Under the pieces are notes generated by a model. The model was not told where the DNA came from and made no database searches. It saw nothing but the letters and a program-made list of their open reading frames with translations. A stretch of DNA of 63,996 nt, filler included, from Craspedostauros australis (lineage: Eukaryota), in the NCBI GenBank assembly GCA_030167865.1. It is 8 parts of 8 records of this genome, joined end to end, with 100 filler letters (N's around TTAATTAATTAA, not from the genome) between each part and the next. Parts side by side here need not be neighbours in the genome. Positions count along the whole stretch, not along the records: positions 47,696 to 51,486 come from JALAGF010004916.1; positions 51,587 to 62,747 come from JALAGF010004917.1; 6 more parts are not named here. One strand, given 5' to 3'. Positions 50,483 to 62,847 of this stretch are shown here, piece by piece. How positions within the stretch are numbered: the first letter of the stretch is position 1; the number at the start of each line of letters is the position of its first letter. A program made the position numbers and the translations under genes.

Positions 50483-51486
50483 ATGCCAATGCTCATGATG
50501 ACCTTGCTCACAGCAGCGACGATGCCTCGGTGCGCGGCCTCACTTCTTCGCAACGTCGTTGTGGTGGGTGGCACGCACGGCAATGAGTACACGGGTGTGT
50601 GGGTCGTCAAGGCCATGGCCGCCGCGGCTTCCATCAACGGCAACAACCTCAGCCACAGCAAGCATCTCACAAACCTCGTCAGCCTCGACCGCGGCAGCCT
50701 CAAGGACAAGTACCCCTCGCTCAACATCGCCGTGCTGCTGGCAAACCCGGACGCGCACATGGCCAACAAACGCTTTGTGGAGGCCGATCTCAATCGCCAG
50801 TTTGCGTCGGACGTCTGGAAGGATGCTGCCACGACGGTCGAATCCAAACGCGCCAAACAACTCAGCGACCTGCTGGGACCCAAGTTCCTCGCCGACGGCG
50901 TCACGCTCAACGAGGATCCCGCCACGGACGTCGTCGTCGATCTGCACACCACGACGACCAACATGGGCGTCACGGTCATCGTGGCGCAGGGCGACACCGT
51001 CATGACGCAGGCCGCGGCGTACGTCATGCAGCATTTCGACGATGTGCGCTGTTTGATGCACACGCATCCCAACCGTTCCGTGCGGCCCAACCTCTCCTCG
51101 ACGGGCAGGCACGGTTTCACCATCGAGGTGGGGCCCGTGCCGCAGGGCGTCATACGGCACGATATGGTCGAAAAGACGGAGGGCGTGCTGTACTGCCTGC
51201 TATCCTACCTCGAACAGCGCAACCGCGACGCCGACAGCGTCCTGCAGCAGCTCAAGCGACATTACGGTGGCATCGTCGTGCCGTGCTTCCGATCGGCGGC
51301 GGCGCAAAGAGAAGGCGAGATGAGCGGCAAGATTGTGTGGCCCACGGATGACGACGACAATCCGAACTTTCCCCAATGGATGATTCACAAGAACATCCAG
51401 GACCGCGATTTCGCGCACGTCCACACGGGTGATCCCATCTTCATCGACATGGAGGGCAACGTCATCACGTACAACGGATCGCATGG
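50483..51486 (+). CDS. ASPA: Aspartoacylase (AstE/AspA zinc hydrolase family), 3'-truncated by contig end
   Basis: VVGGTHGNEYTG, ANP.A...NKRF..ADLNRQF, VDLHTTTTNMG, IEVGPVPQGV, IH..IQDRDF. Exact start codon uncertain. Confidence 0.9.
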
Positions 51487-51585
51487 NNNNNNNNNNNNNN
51501 NNNNNNNNNNNNNNNNNNNNNNNNNNNNNNTTAATTAATTAANNNNNNNNNNNNNNNNNNNNNNNNNNNNNNNNNNNNNNNNNNN
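51487..51585. other. Artificial contig spacer
   Basis: N-run/TTAATTAATTAA/N-run. Confidence 0.97.
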
Positions 51586-51773
51586 NGATGGTGGGTCCAG
51601 GACAGATCTGGCTTCAGAGCATGGGAATTGACAAGATGAGACATCTGTTCCCGCCACAAGTGTCAAGTCCCGCGGGTGGCGATGGTGACGGCGACGACGA
51701 CGGTGATGACGACGGTGGTGACGACGGTGGTGATTGGGGAGGCGATTGGGGAGGCGATGATGGTGGTGAATAA
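51586..51773 (+). CDS. 3' end of a probable AIM24-family protein with a Gly/Asp-rich tail (5' truncated)
   Basis: GPGQIWLQSM resembles the conserved AIM24/TIGR00266 C-terminal motif GPGxVWLQSxP. Confidence 0.5.
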
Positions 51774-52422
51774 ACCTTCTTGCTATTGAACCCAGCGCGA
51801 ACCAGGAGCAGCGAATGCCTTCACGGCTCAACGCAACGCACGTAGACGTAAATATGATAATACCAGTGATAAGTGACTCCTTGGGCTCTGTCTGCTCCCA
51901 AGCAAAAGAAGGCGACGGTATCGGGACTAAGAGGAAGTGAGCTCCACAATCGTGGTCTCGTCGTTCCGTGTGCAAAGGCTGCAGATAAGCTCTGAAAATC
52001 AGCGGTGCCGCCATCGACAGAGGATGGACACAGCCAAGTCAAGTACAACGCGTCGGAAAGTGACGATGGATAGACTGGAGTAATATTGCAATGTTTCAAT
52101 CGCTAGACTATGTTGGTTCTGGCTGCGTGTGCAGTCCTCATTGGACTCAACGAAAGTGGTGGTGGCAAGTTCGAGGTACGAATCAAACAAAATCGAGCAT
52201 CTCGTATCCTCCACACCAACCCGCGACTTTCTTGCTTGCGGACGTCCGACATAAGCGTCAACAACGACGGCACCGGGCCATCCCGACTTGCGATATAAGG
52301 CCTTAGAAAAGACAATAGGATTCATTGGAGGCCCAACATTGAGAGGAAGAGGTTGGTATTGTTGGATACCCAATCCGTGATGCGCTTCCGACTTGGGCGT
52401 AACGTTTTGGCTGCAGCGGGTC

Positions 52423-55008
52423 TTAAGTGCAGGCTGGGCAAGAGGTGCCACTGGTGATGGTGAATTCTGCAGTGAGAGACACGCATGGGTTGGTGGCGCT
52501 TGGATGTCTGTAACAGAAGCTGCATCCCGAGTAGTACATGACAGGCTCAGCATTGCACACGTTGTTGCCGAGGATGATGTCCGCGTTAAAGTAGAAGCTG
52601 TAGCCCAAGTATTTGCAGGAGCTTTCTGGCACACAAGAACCGTCACCGATAGTTGTGTCTCCTGCGAACTGGTTGCGTGTGGGATAAGAGGAGAAAGCGT
52701 TGATTTTTGCGCACGAAGAGGCACCGACACAGGACCCGGCTCCCACAATAGTATTGGACACACGCTTGTTGTCGGCACCGCCGCTGCCCTGGGTGGGTGT
52801 TATGGTCTTGTAGTCTTCTGGTCCAGCACCCATGGCATTGCAGGCTTTGTGATCAGTGCATGATCCTGCGCCAATAATGGCGTCGCCGTTGGAGTGTTGC
52901 GCGAAGGCGTAGCATGACTTGTATCCAGTGCACGATCCTGGTCCAATGATGGAGGCCTTGTCACTTCCAGAGTTGAAGTTGAAGTTGAAACATGTGTCAG
53001 ACTCGTCAGAAAAGCTTGTGACACAGGATCCCTGGAAGATCATGGACTGAGTCTCGATGCTTTTGCAGGCCTTGTCCCCAATGCAACTGTTGGATGCGAT
53101 AGACGCGATGCCGGTCCAGGAGCAGGCCATGGTTCCGACGCAGCATGTGCGTCCTGCCATACCACACCAATCAATAGCATCAGCAGCGGTTCCAGTGAAC
53201 ATCTCACCAGTGGCGGCAGCGGCCGCGCTGAAGATCTTGAGGACACCGGTCTTTCCGCTGATGGTATTGAAGAGAGCGACGCCGTCAGCAATGGTTGCCT
53301 GGTTTTCAAAGATCCCAAGAAGATCTGCTTCGTTTTGGATAGTGGAGAGAAGGGACATTCCCGCGGATGTGCTTGGTGTTCCGAGGGCATCCAGGAATGT
53401 CTGGGGAGTTGGAGCTGAAGTTGGAGCTGCTGTTGGACCAGTGGGGGCCAATGAAGCAGTGGGGGGAGAGGTCGGTGCCAAAGTCGGTGCCGAAGTCGGC
53501 AAAGCAGTTGGAGCAGTGGGGGCCGATGTGGGAGGTGACGTGGCAGGTGTTGGGAAAGGGGTGGGGGAAAAGGTCGGAGAGTCTGTGGGCAAGGTGTCCT
53601 TGCCAATGCAGTACTTGTCCACCTTGTCACCAGTAGGATTGCCACCAGAGCTGCTGTCTCCCTTTGGACAGGCCCCATCGACATCACTGATGATGTAGAC
53701 TTCGTCGGAGTCGCACTCCGTCTTCGTCATGCATCCCTTGCAGCTATCAACGCTGCTGCATCCACCAGGAGGGACGACGAGGTCGGTTTTCATCCTGTCA
53801 TTGAAGCCCATCTTCTCGCATGACCCATCAGCGGCACAGCCACCAGCACCAATGGTCAGGCTGCCTGCACGCTTGCCAGCAGTACCATAGTTGACGGTTG
53901 AATGGGCGTCCTTGCAGGCATTGCTGCCGACGCACGCATTCTTACCGATGTCGATGTGGCTGCGGATGCGGGTGGTCTTCTGCACGACGCGGCGTCTAGC
54001 TGCCTTGCATGCGTCTGTCCCAACGCATGCACCAGTCTGGATGGTGACATCACCATGAGAACGACGTCCCACTCCCTCACAAGATTGAGGAGTGGTGCAT
54101 GCCATCTCACCGACGAAGGTGACTCCTGTGATGGACGGGTTGATTTCATTTTCGTTCATCAACTCGCATGCACTCGCGCCAGTGCAGGAGGAATCGAGGA
54201 TGAGGGGATTGGGACCCATATCCTTGCAGGCGCTGTCGCCGGTGCATGCCGTGATCGCGATGGTCATGAATGGAGGGGAGTTGGAGGCAGAACCGGTGAC
54301 TGAGGTGCATCCCGAGGATCCTTGGCAGCATGGGGTGGCAACGGCAAGCGATTGCATTGCCGCGATGGCCGCGCATGCTACGTTCATTGCATCTGGTCGT
54401 TCGGTGACGAGGAGCGGCTTGGTAGTAGCGACCAGGGTTAATTGGCCAGCAAGGATATCGCTGGATGCGTACTTGTTGAAGAGCTTGCGTGCAGCTCCTT
54501 CACTGAGGTCTCCTGCGCACCCAAAGAAGTTCTGCAGCTGCTCCGATTCCTTGACGGCGGTGATGGCTTCGCGGCAGGATGGCTTGGCAGAGTTACAGAT
54601 GATGGTCTTGGCGCTAATCTCTTCTGTTGTGAGGGCGGTATTGCCATCGGGATTGCAGACAACGGAGATAGTGGAATCGAAGATGGCTGGGGCAGCTGAT
54701 GGTTTGGATGTTGGCAGGCGAGTGGGCTGGGAGGTCGGCGAGGCAGTCGGCGACCCAGTAGGCAATGCGGTTGGCGGGGTCGTGTCTGCACCAGCCGGGT
54801 TTTCAGTGAGTGGCACTTGGTTGTTCTTGTTGCCCTTGTTGGTTTTCATGTCGCCGTTGGTGTCCTTGAGGATGCGGGTCTTTGTCATCGCCATGTGGAG
54901 TTCCTCGGTTGGATCCACAGGAGTCCTGTTGCCGCGGAGCACGGCGTCGACCGTTGCCGTGTCGGCGAGAGCGAGAAAGGTCGCGAAGGCTGTCTTGGTG
55001 TAGATCAT
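52423..55008 (-). CDS. Secreted Cys-rich repeat protein with Pro/Thr (PTxxPT) mucin-like linkers
   Basis: Signal peptide followed by VLRG; two PT-repeat tracts; many IGxGSCxGxxSC/AC repeats in two blocks; 861 aa uninterrupted. Confidence 0.85.
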   Translation of the reverse strand: MIYTKTAFATFLALADTATVDAVLRGNRTPVDPTEELHMAMTKTRILKDTNGDMKTNKGNKNNQVPLTENPAGADTTPPTALPTGSPTASPTSQPTRLPTSKPSAAPAIFDSTISVVCNPDGNTALTTEEISAKTIICNSAKPSCREAITAVKESEQLQNFFGCAGDLSEGAARKLFNKYASSDILAGQLTLVATTKPLLVTERPDAMNVACAAIAAMQSLAVATPCCQGSSGCTSVTGSASNSPPFMTIAITACTGDSACKDMGPNPLILDSSCTGASACELMNENEINPSITGVTFVGEMACTTPQSCEGVGRRSHGDVTIQTGACVGTDACKAARRRVVQKTTRIRSHIDIGKNACVGSNACKDAHSTVNYGTAGKRAGSLTIGAGGCAADGSCEKMGFNDRMKTDLVVPPGGCSSVDSCKGCMTKTECDSDEVYIISDVDGACPKGDSSSGGNPTGDKVDKYCIGKDTLPTDSPTFSPTPFPTPATSPPTSAPTAPTALPTSAPTLAPTSPPTASLAPTGPTAAPTSAPTPQTFLDALGTPSTSAGMSLLSTIQNEADLLGIFENQATIADGVALFNTISGKTGVLKIFSAAAAATGEMFTGTAADAIDWCGMAGRTCCVGTMACSWTGIASIASNSCIGDKACKSIETQSMIFQGSCVTSFSDESDTCFNFNFNSGSDKASIIGPGSCTGYKSCYAFAQHSNGDAIIGAGSCTDHKACNAMGAGPEDYKTITPTQGSGGADNKRVSNTIVGAGSCVGASSCAKINAFSSYPTRNQFAGDTTIGDGSCVPESSCKYLGYSFYFNADIILGNNVCNAEPVMYYSGCSFCYRHPSATNPCVSLTAEFTITSGTSCPACT

Positions 55009-56849
55009 GATTTCTCGGTACTTGGTGGTTGGTGATTGATCGTTCAGGGTTGATAGTTGTTTGTTTGGTGTTGTTGGTTGACGACTTGGATAGATTTATG
55101 AGATGAAGAGTTTGTTTTGTTGTTTGTTTGGACCATTTTGCTTGCGTCTTCGATGTTGTGCATGAGGCAACATGGTACGAGAATGGCATGATGTCGAGGA
55201 GGCCAAAGCTCCTTCACGACCTGGGACCTTCACGGCCTGGAACCTTCCCAACTGGCGACAACACTATTGGGTGGAAAGACTCCGTGGATCGATGCCAATG
55301 CCCAACATTTATGATGCAGCATGACCCTCCCCAACGTCCATCATCCATTGGGTCTGAACTACACACGAGCAAAGCGCATGCGAGTATGGTGGGACAAGCA
55401 GACACGGAACATGCCACCCTTGCTCATCTCCACATGTCATCATCTGTCGTTCTTCTTGATCCGCCGTTCTCGTCTGTACCAGGACAGGACTTTGTCGCGG
55501 TCTGATTTCCAAAAGGGTACACTCTATGACCCACTCGAGTGAACGAAGGTGCAGTCGTGCCTGATAGTGACTTAAACTTTAACAAAATAAGTACATGTTC
55601 GGAATCTACGTAAAATTCTGTCGAGGGGTATGTAATTTGAAAATCGGGAGAGTTGTGGATCAAAAGTTATAGACCTTGCAATAGTTTTGGTCTTCGGACG
55701 TTGTAGACCTTCCTTAGACTTCGCCGGGTATCGCCAAAACTCGCTGATGATGTCACACCCGTTCCTATTTTGAATTATTTGTCGCTTGCAATCTGGTTCT
55801 GACACGATTCACAATTTCCCACGTCACATTTTCCTTCAATGTTTCCGCACATTCGACTGCTTGTTTTGCCGCATGTGGATGCAAATCATCGTGGGTTTGC
55901 TCCAAATTCTCGTCTTCCTTGGCTTTGCACCGTCCAAATTCTTCTTCGTCACAACCAGAATCATGCAGCGTTGGTTGCGCACTGGTACTTGCAGCCATAC
56001 TTACCACTGTGCACTCCGTTGTTTCAGCGGTTTTTGACTTCTTTTCTTGTTCTTTTTTAACTTGAGATAGTCCATGGTGAGGTATGCTTTTACTCTCAGT
56101 GGTGATACGTGTAGTTGAGCGTGCCAGTCTGTTTTCACTCGTTCCATCGTCATCAGTTGTTGGCGTGCGTCGTACTCCACCATTCTGTTCCTCGAGTCAT
56201 GGCAAGCAAGTATGCAGGTTTTGTTCAGCTCTGCCAACACATAGTCAGGATAGGCTCAAACGATCGAGTCTTCTTTGCGGCGCAACCTGGTGTTGCAACA
56301 GGAGGAAGATCCATAGCAGCAGTTGTATCCTTCCGCATTGCGTCGTGATCAGCAGTTTCCATGAAGCTGTTGCAAAGGGCTGTTTTGAATACATTCGCTT
56401 CACTCTGTTTCACACTCTTCTGGGCTTTTTGCCTCATCTTTGCCATTTTGTATCCACTGGTACTGGTTGGTGTGACTACTTGTGGTCTTCCTTCACCGTC
56501 GCGCCAAGTTCGTTCACAACGGAGCACTCCCAAGCCTCTTCCTCCACCAATTTGGCATCGGTGACATTCGAAGCTTCAATTAACCAAGCATTCTCATCCT
56601 CGTATTGAATCTCGTGAGTGTTGGGAACACCAAGCATGTTTGCAGACCATTGAGTTCTTGGGCTCGTACAGTGAGTCAGCCACTTGCCCTTCAATAGGGA
56701 AGCGTCAACCAGCAACATCGTGGTGCCTTTGATGTCTCCAAATCGCAGGGCTTTCAAGATGATCGCCATCCCTTCCATCGCTGTCACCATCACCTGTTGC
56801 CTTGTCACCATTGCCATCCCTGCTGTCAAAGTGCACAAGTAACTACTGA

Positions 56850-59800
56850 AGACGTATTGGCCTGTTGTTGTGTGCCCTGGTCGGAGCTCTTGTTATTTTA
56901 TTGTGAGTTGTCCAAAGACAATCCCCCGACCAGTATTTTGACATATATGACTAGTAGAGAGGTAAAAGGTACAGAGAAAGCTGTCACGCCCCTTGATCTC
57001 AAGGTGGACCCCCGTAGAACAGGGTTGTGGCAAGAAGTGTTAGTGTTGGCCTCACTAATGCTTTGGTGAGCATGTCAGCGAAGTTCTGAGCTGATGGGAC
57101 ATGGACTGGAACCAGTGTCCCAGCTCCCACAGCCTCACGGACTCAGTGAAATGATATTGCCACATGCTTCTTTTGCAATAGGCTGTCTGCGATCGTCGTT
57201 TTCGAGATCACCACATTGTTGTCGCAGAATGTGACCGTCGGTGATTGGACGCGGACTCCCAGCAATCGGAGTGCGTATCGGAGTGCAATGATTTCTTCCG
57301 TCACTGATCGCATTGCGTTGAATTCTGCTCCGTATGCAGATGTTGTGACTGATGTCTGCTGCTTGCTCGAGAAGTACACAGGCGTCCTGCCGAGGAAAAG
57401 GATGATCCCGGTGTTTGATCGGCATGTGACAAAATCGTGCGCATGGTCAGCATCGACGAATGCATACATCGGCAGCTCCGGATAGATTGGCTTTGGTGAC
57501 CGGTTGTCGACGTCCTCCTGTGCCTCAGGGTATTCTTCCTTCATTTGCGCTACCAATTCTGGGTTGGACGGCATCGAGTTGAAGTTGTCGAATATCATGG
57601 GTCTGGAGTCGATTTGCGTTCTGAGTGTGGGCATACTCTTGAGATAGCCCCATATCTTGAGTGCTCTTGCTAGATGTCTTTTCCGTGGTGATGCAGTGAA
57701 TTGAGAGAGTGAAGAAGTTGCAAAGGTGACATCGAAACGCCCAAGTTGAATGACCCAGTTCAGCATGCCGATGAGCTGCTGGAACTGTTGGTGTTCGTCT
57801 GGTGTGAGTAGTTTGGAGTCATCCGTTTCCGGATGGTCCTTGTCCCACATGGGAACATGCTGGTCATGGAGTGTTCCATGCTGCCGTTCGACGTTCTCCA
57901 TCGCGTTTGCGATGTATTTGTCACATCCAACGCTCCATTTGTCTTTCACATTCCTGGAATCATCGTTGCCCAGATAGTATTTGGGTGGTCCAATGTCTTT
58001 GATGGTGTAGACTTGCTGGATGACCTTCATGTATTGGTCTGGTTCTTTTGCCACAATCTTGAAGTCATCGACATGCATGCATATGTAGTCATACCCAGTG
58101 TCATCCCTCCACTTGATCCATACGTCCTGGTCATGCCGTGATGGAGAGAACCCCATGGATGAGAGTGTATTTGCGAAGTGAGCATGGAGTTTATGCATGC
58201 TCGATCAGAGTTCATACAACAACTTCCTGAGTACGATTGTCTGACCCTCTCTGTAATCGAACTCTTTTCCTGCCCTCGCGTATATCTTCTCGTTGATGTA
58301 GGCATTGACAACTGCATTCCCCACGTCGCCGCAGAGTTGCTTCAGTTTGTTTGCGTCCACGATGACATCGAGTATCCGTATACTGGTTGATTTGACGGTT
58401 GATGAGTATACTCTGATGTTGTCAGCGAGTTCAATGAGGTGACTGCCAGCTACCAGCCGCCCCTTGTGCTGCAGATCCTGTTTCACAGCGAAGATGAGCC
58501 AGAGCTTGGTGCTCTGGTAGTATGATGAAGGTCGGTGAGTGGATGGATGGAATTCAAAGCAATCGAAGTCAATCAGAGCGTCGATCTCTTTCTTTGCTGC
58601 GTCCTTCCATAATGTGTTGCCATTGGCTTCGTCAAGTTGGAGTGCGTGTCGAATGTTGCGTGGCACTTCTACACCGTATTGGAATACTGCAGCGAAGAAG
58701 TCCATCTTCGGCTCCTTCTTTCCTGGTCGTATGCGCCTCAGGATGGCGATACTGTCGTTGTTGTCGACTGTGAAGATGTGTGTGCGCTCGATTCGTCGCA
58801 TGCGTCTGCGTATCATGCGAACAGCGTGCTTTGCCCATTTCAGTATTGTCGTTGACTGTCGATTGTGCCTGTCGTGCCATTTTGGCTCGTTAGTGATGAT
58901 GTATCGCGCCACGAGCTCGGGATGGTCTGCCCTCAGGATGTTGTATCGGAACCATTGAGTTTCATCGTTGTCCCATTTCACATTGAGATGGAGATGTCCA
59001 TCTTGGAATGAGTGGCCTGCGATGGATGTAATTGCTGGTTTGTTCGTATCGTCTTTTGTGATCTGATTTTGGAACATCTAATCATGCTCGCTCAGCCAGA
59101 GTGTCGATATGCCCCTGAATCCGCTGCTGGGGAGGATCTGGAAGCCTCACTGCTTCATAGTCATTGGAATCTCTCAAGATGTCCGCAGTTGAGAGCTTGT
59201 CTTCCCCTTTGCCATTGGATATCATGCTCATAGGCCCGCTGTTATGGTTGTCGTTGTTGTCAATGATGACATTCTGCTGACCGAACCATCAGTCGTCATG
59301 CGGAATAGCATTTTTGTTGACCACGACGCCCCTGGTCCCCAGTGGTCCCTCCTCAGGAATGCGAGCAGCCGCCACCGACCGCACGGTAATCGCGTCGATG
59401 GCCTCACGGACCTGTCAAGCGAGCTGTGCCGGCATCGTCTTGGTGCGCGCTCGTTGCCCCAAGTTGCCTCTGGTAGTAGTGTGTATGAGATCGAGGCGTT
59501 CGATGCGCTGAACTTCCTCGTTGGTGACTTGCGGAGCACTTGCGTCTTTCGCAATTCGTGGTTCCACAATGTTCCATACCAGGGCGGTGCCTTTGGTTAC
59601 GTCTTTGCCTTTCGGCGACCAAATGTGATAGGTGAAAGGGTCCCCATGGTCCCATGCAATTCCCAAGAAGTAACCTGGTTTGAATGAGTGATGTGGAAAC
59701 TTTGTCATCGGCTCGAAATACCAGACCTGTTGAAAGAACGTGAACCTGAACATGGAGATGTACGGAGTGTTCCTGTGGAGCAGTTCAATGGGATTCTTCC

Positions 59801-62467
59801 ATTGGATGCTCTCCTTTGCCGTGTAGTTCGATACATTGATGGCGTGTTGTACCGTGTAGCACCAGAAGGCAAGCGGTACGGACGCCGCCCAAAGCAATTT
59901 GTATGCATGTCGCTTGATGTCGCTGATCGCCTGCTCTGCTCGGTCCTGATTCTGATTCATGGGAGCAGTGAAGGAGTGCTCGATCATGTACCGCATCGCC
60001 ACATCCTTCCATTCCTTGACGGCTTGGACCTGTGAGTAGTCCAAGATGAGTAGGTCAGGTGCCCTGACCTGCACGATGAAATCGGTGAGCACCACTGGCG
60101 CCATTGCCTCTCGTCGGAGCGGCTTGGTCCAGATGGATTTGGACTCGCTGTGTGCAAAGAGCTGGAAGCACTTGAAGTGTCAAATGGATGGGACCGTGGA
60201 GAAGAATGGATCGGTTTCCACTCTTCCCTTGATTCGGTGTGACCGTAGCGCGCCCGCTCGCTGCGCACGGTACTGCCTTGGGATGATTCTTGACTCCGTG
60301 TCGATGGGAGTATCAGCCAGCTGCGTCGATGCTGCTTTCGTTTTCTTGACCACCTGTTGTGGGAGATGCCGGAAGACCTTGTTGAAGTCAACACTGGTGT
60401 GAGATCGCCAAAGGCGTCTGTGTCTATCGCATATAGTAATATTCTTAGTTTGAGTTAGCTCGTAAGCTGTCGGTTTACGAATTGGGATGCGCAGGGTATT
60501 GCTGTCGTGATTGGCCAGCGGGATGCTGATGTCGCCAGGCAATATCTGTTGCTGCCTATTGTATTGTCGAAGCCGATCGTAGATGCTGATGTCAGACGTG
60601 TGCATGTGGTGTGTATTGAACAGCGACTCCATCTGCTGTGGATGCTTGTCGAGAGCCACGTAATATGCCTTGATGAGGATCACTCCGCCTTCTGGCGGCT
60701 CGTACGCTGCCACCGCGTCGACCATCGGAAACATCTCGATTTGCGAGTCCACTGTCGCCCCTCGGGGTGGAACTGCTGCTGGTTTTTTTGGGCTACCACC
60801 CATCCAGACTCATGAAAAATGTCGCCGTCCGCGCCTGAGTCTAGAATGATATAGCCATGGCTACTATTCGTTTCTCTTGCCCGTCGAATCGTGTGCTCTG
60901 TATGTGGGTCGGTGCTTCTTGGACGCGACTCTCGTAGCGTATCCAGGGTCGTATTCCCTGGCCCGCTCTCCGCGGCCTTTTGCGTCAAGTCCACACTGTC
61001 TTGGTCCTTGATGCATATGGTGACCTCCGACTGCTGGCACGAAGTGCCTATCATTGGTTGTCAGGAGCCTTTGTCACATGGTCCATACTTCTTGGTTCGA
61101 TTGGTCTTGTTGCCGAATCTGGTGCGCTTGTTGGGTTTGCGCTGAGCGTGCTGCTCCTGGGTCTTGGCAAACTCAGCGGGTTTGTTGTGCTTGAATGTCT
61201 CCTTGCTGATGAGCTCTCCTGTCTTGCGGAAGTGTCGCGAGGATTCCACCACAAACACTTGTGCGGGGGTAGGAAGGCTACGGAATACAATATCTGGAAG
61301 TCGGTACATCGACAGTTTCTTGCGATCCCCGGATGTAGCTTCAAACGGTCGCTTGCGGTCCGTTCGCCCGCCCTTCTGGTGTGCGCGTCGATTGCGCCGT
61401 GGAGATCTGTCGATCTCCGCGTTGGAGAGGACCTTGTCGTGCTTCATGAGAGTCTCGCGGACCCAATTGAAGGACTCGTCTGTCTCTTGGAGGCGAGAGA
61501 CCGTACGGGTGAATTGCTCATCGCGAATGTTGCGGAAGAATCTTGCAATCTTCTGCTTGTCACTCATGGCCTTGCCATTGTCATTGATTGTCTGAACAGA
61601 CATGGAGAAGTCATTGACGAACACGCTGAATGGTCCAGATCCGTCGTAGACGAGTTTGGACGGTTTGTCTTCCTCTGTTGCCACAATGTCGGCCCTGTTC
61701 TCAGTGGATTTGTATGTGCGGATGAGGGCCTGGAAGGCTGCATGACCGCTGTCTCTTTCCGCGAGGACCATGTAGTTAGCGTGTCCTTTGCACGTTTTCG
61801 AGTTGAGCACTGTGTAGAACTGGGTGTCGACGTCCTCGCAGTAGTGGGCCCTGCATGTCTCTTGCATGCAGTCTGCGTATCTGGTTGTGACCAGCTGGCG
61901 GATGAAGTCGATCTTCCACTGGTGCCATTCGATGTTGAGTCCGCTGAATGGCTCCACCTCTAGCAGGGTGACTTTGTCATACTTCCATCCGGTTGGCGTT
62001 GATGGCGATCGGCGTACTTCCAGTGAGCGCCTTGGTGAGTGTACCACAACCTCGCCGCTCATTGCCTTGGCAAGTTCACGATTGGCGGCTTCCTTCATCG
62101 CGAGTTTCAATCGCATTTGGGTTGCCTTGCTGGCGACAGGAGTCTCGATGGTTGGTACCTCATACCCGGTCATTGTAATGAACTCGTTGATGGCCGCCCA
62201 ATCGGTTGCTTGGTCGATTTGCCGTTCTTTCGCGAAAGCGAAGATGCGAAGGATGTTCTCAATGTTGATCAAGGTGAGTGTTGGTGAGAGAGCCAGCGCT
62301 TGGATGATGTTTTTTGTCTGGACTCTTGATGACACGAGTTGAGATTCAATGAGGGACAGACTACCACCGGACACGGTATCAACCAGATGGGAGAAATTCT
62401 CGTTTTGGCGCGAAATCCTCCGACTTGATCGACCACCAAATCTTTTCTCCTCCTTTCTCTCCTCCAT
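56850..62467 (-). mobile_element. Decayed Ty1/copia (CoDi-like) LTR retrotransposon: gag, protease, integrase, chromo-like domain, RT, RNase H
   Basis: gag ORF 61061-62467; protease IILDSGAD (~60830-60855); integrase VETDPFFS, QNQDRAEQAI, PLAFWCY; RT FQYGVEVPRN, HKGRLVAG, DVGNA, HVDD; RNase H FVDADHAHD, YGAEFNA, CDN, KKHVAISFH*VREA, NFADMLTKAL. Copia domain order; several frameshifts and stops. The low-coordinate boundary is approximate. Confidence 0.92.
56987..57000 (-). promoter_or_regulatory. Putative polypurine tract followed by the TG start of a 3' LTR (56986)
   Basis: The minus strand reads GAGATCAAGGGGCG|TGACAG just downstream of the RNase H end. LTR extent unresolved. Confidence 0.55.
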
Positions 62468-62747
62468 TCACGAATCCATCATGACTCAAACATGACCGAT
62501 CTGACTCACACCTCACCTTGGGAACTATATGCTCCTCAGATCCTTTTACTACAACATACCTCAATTCCCTTCACGCTGACGGCTGCTGCATTATTGCCGT
62601 AGTCTCAACATGAGTATCCAACTTGCTTCAATCTGAGCAATGGAATCCGAGGGCCAGCTCCAGCCACAACCACTGCTTCATGACTATCACCAACATGCGT
62701 CATGGCCTACACCACAGTGTATCTACATGTGCGGAGAGCAAGGCACT

Positions 62748-62847
62748 NNNNNNNNNNNNNNNNNNNNNNNNNNNNNNNNNNNNNNNNNNNNTTAATTAAT
62801 TAANNNNNNNNNNNNNNNNNNNNNNNNNNNNNNNNNNNNNNNNNNNN
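62748..62847. other. Artificial contig spacer
   Basis: N-run/TTAATTAATTAA/N-run. Confidence 0.97.

Noticed and set aside
55560..56850. Additional gene or transposon remnant between the Cys-rich gene and the copia element
   Set aside because: Only short broken ORFs and an AT-rich patch; no assignable domain.
62468..62747. 5' LTR and primer-binding site of the copia element
   Set aside because: No similarity by eye to the sequence following the putative PPT at 56986, and no recognisable PBS.
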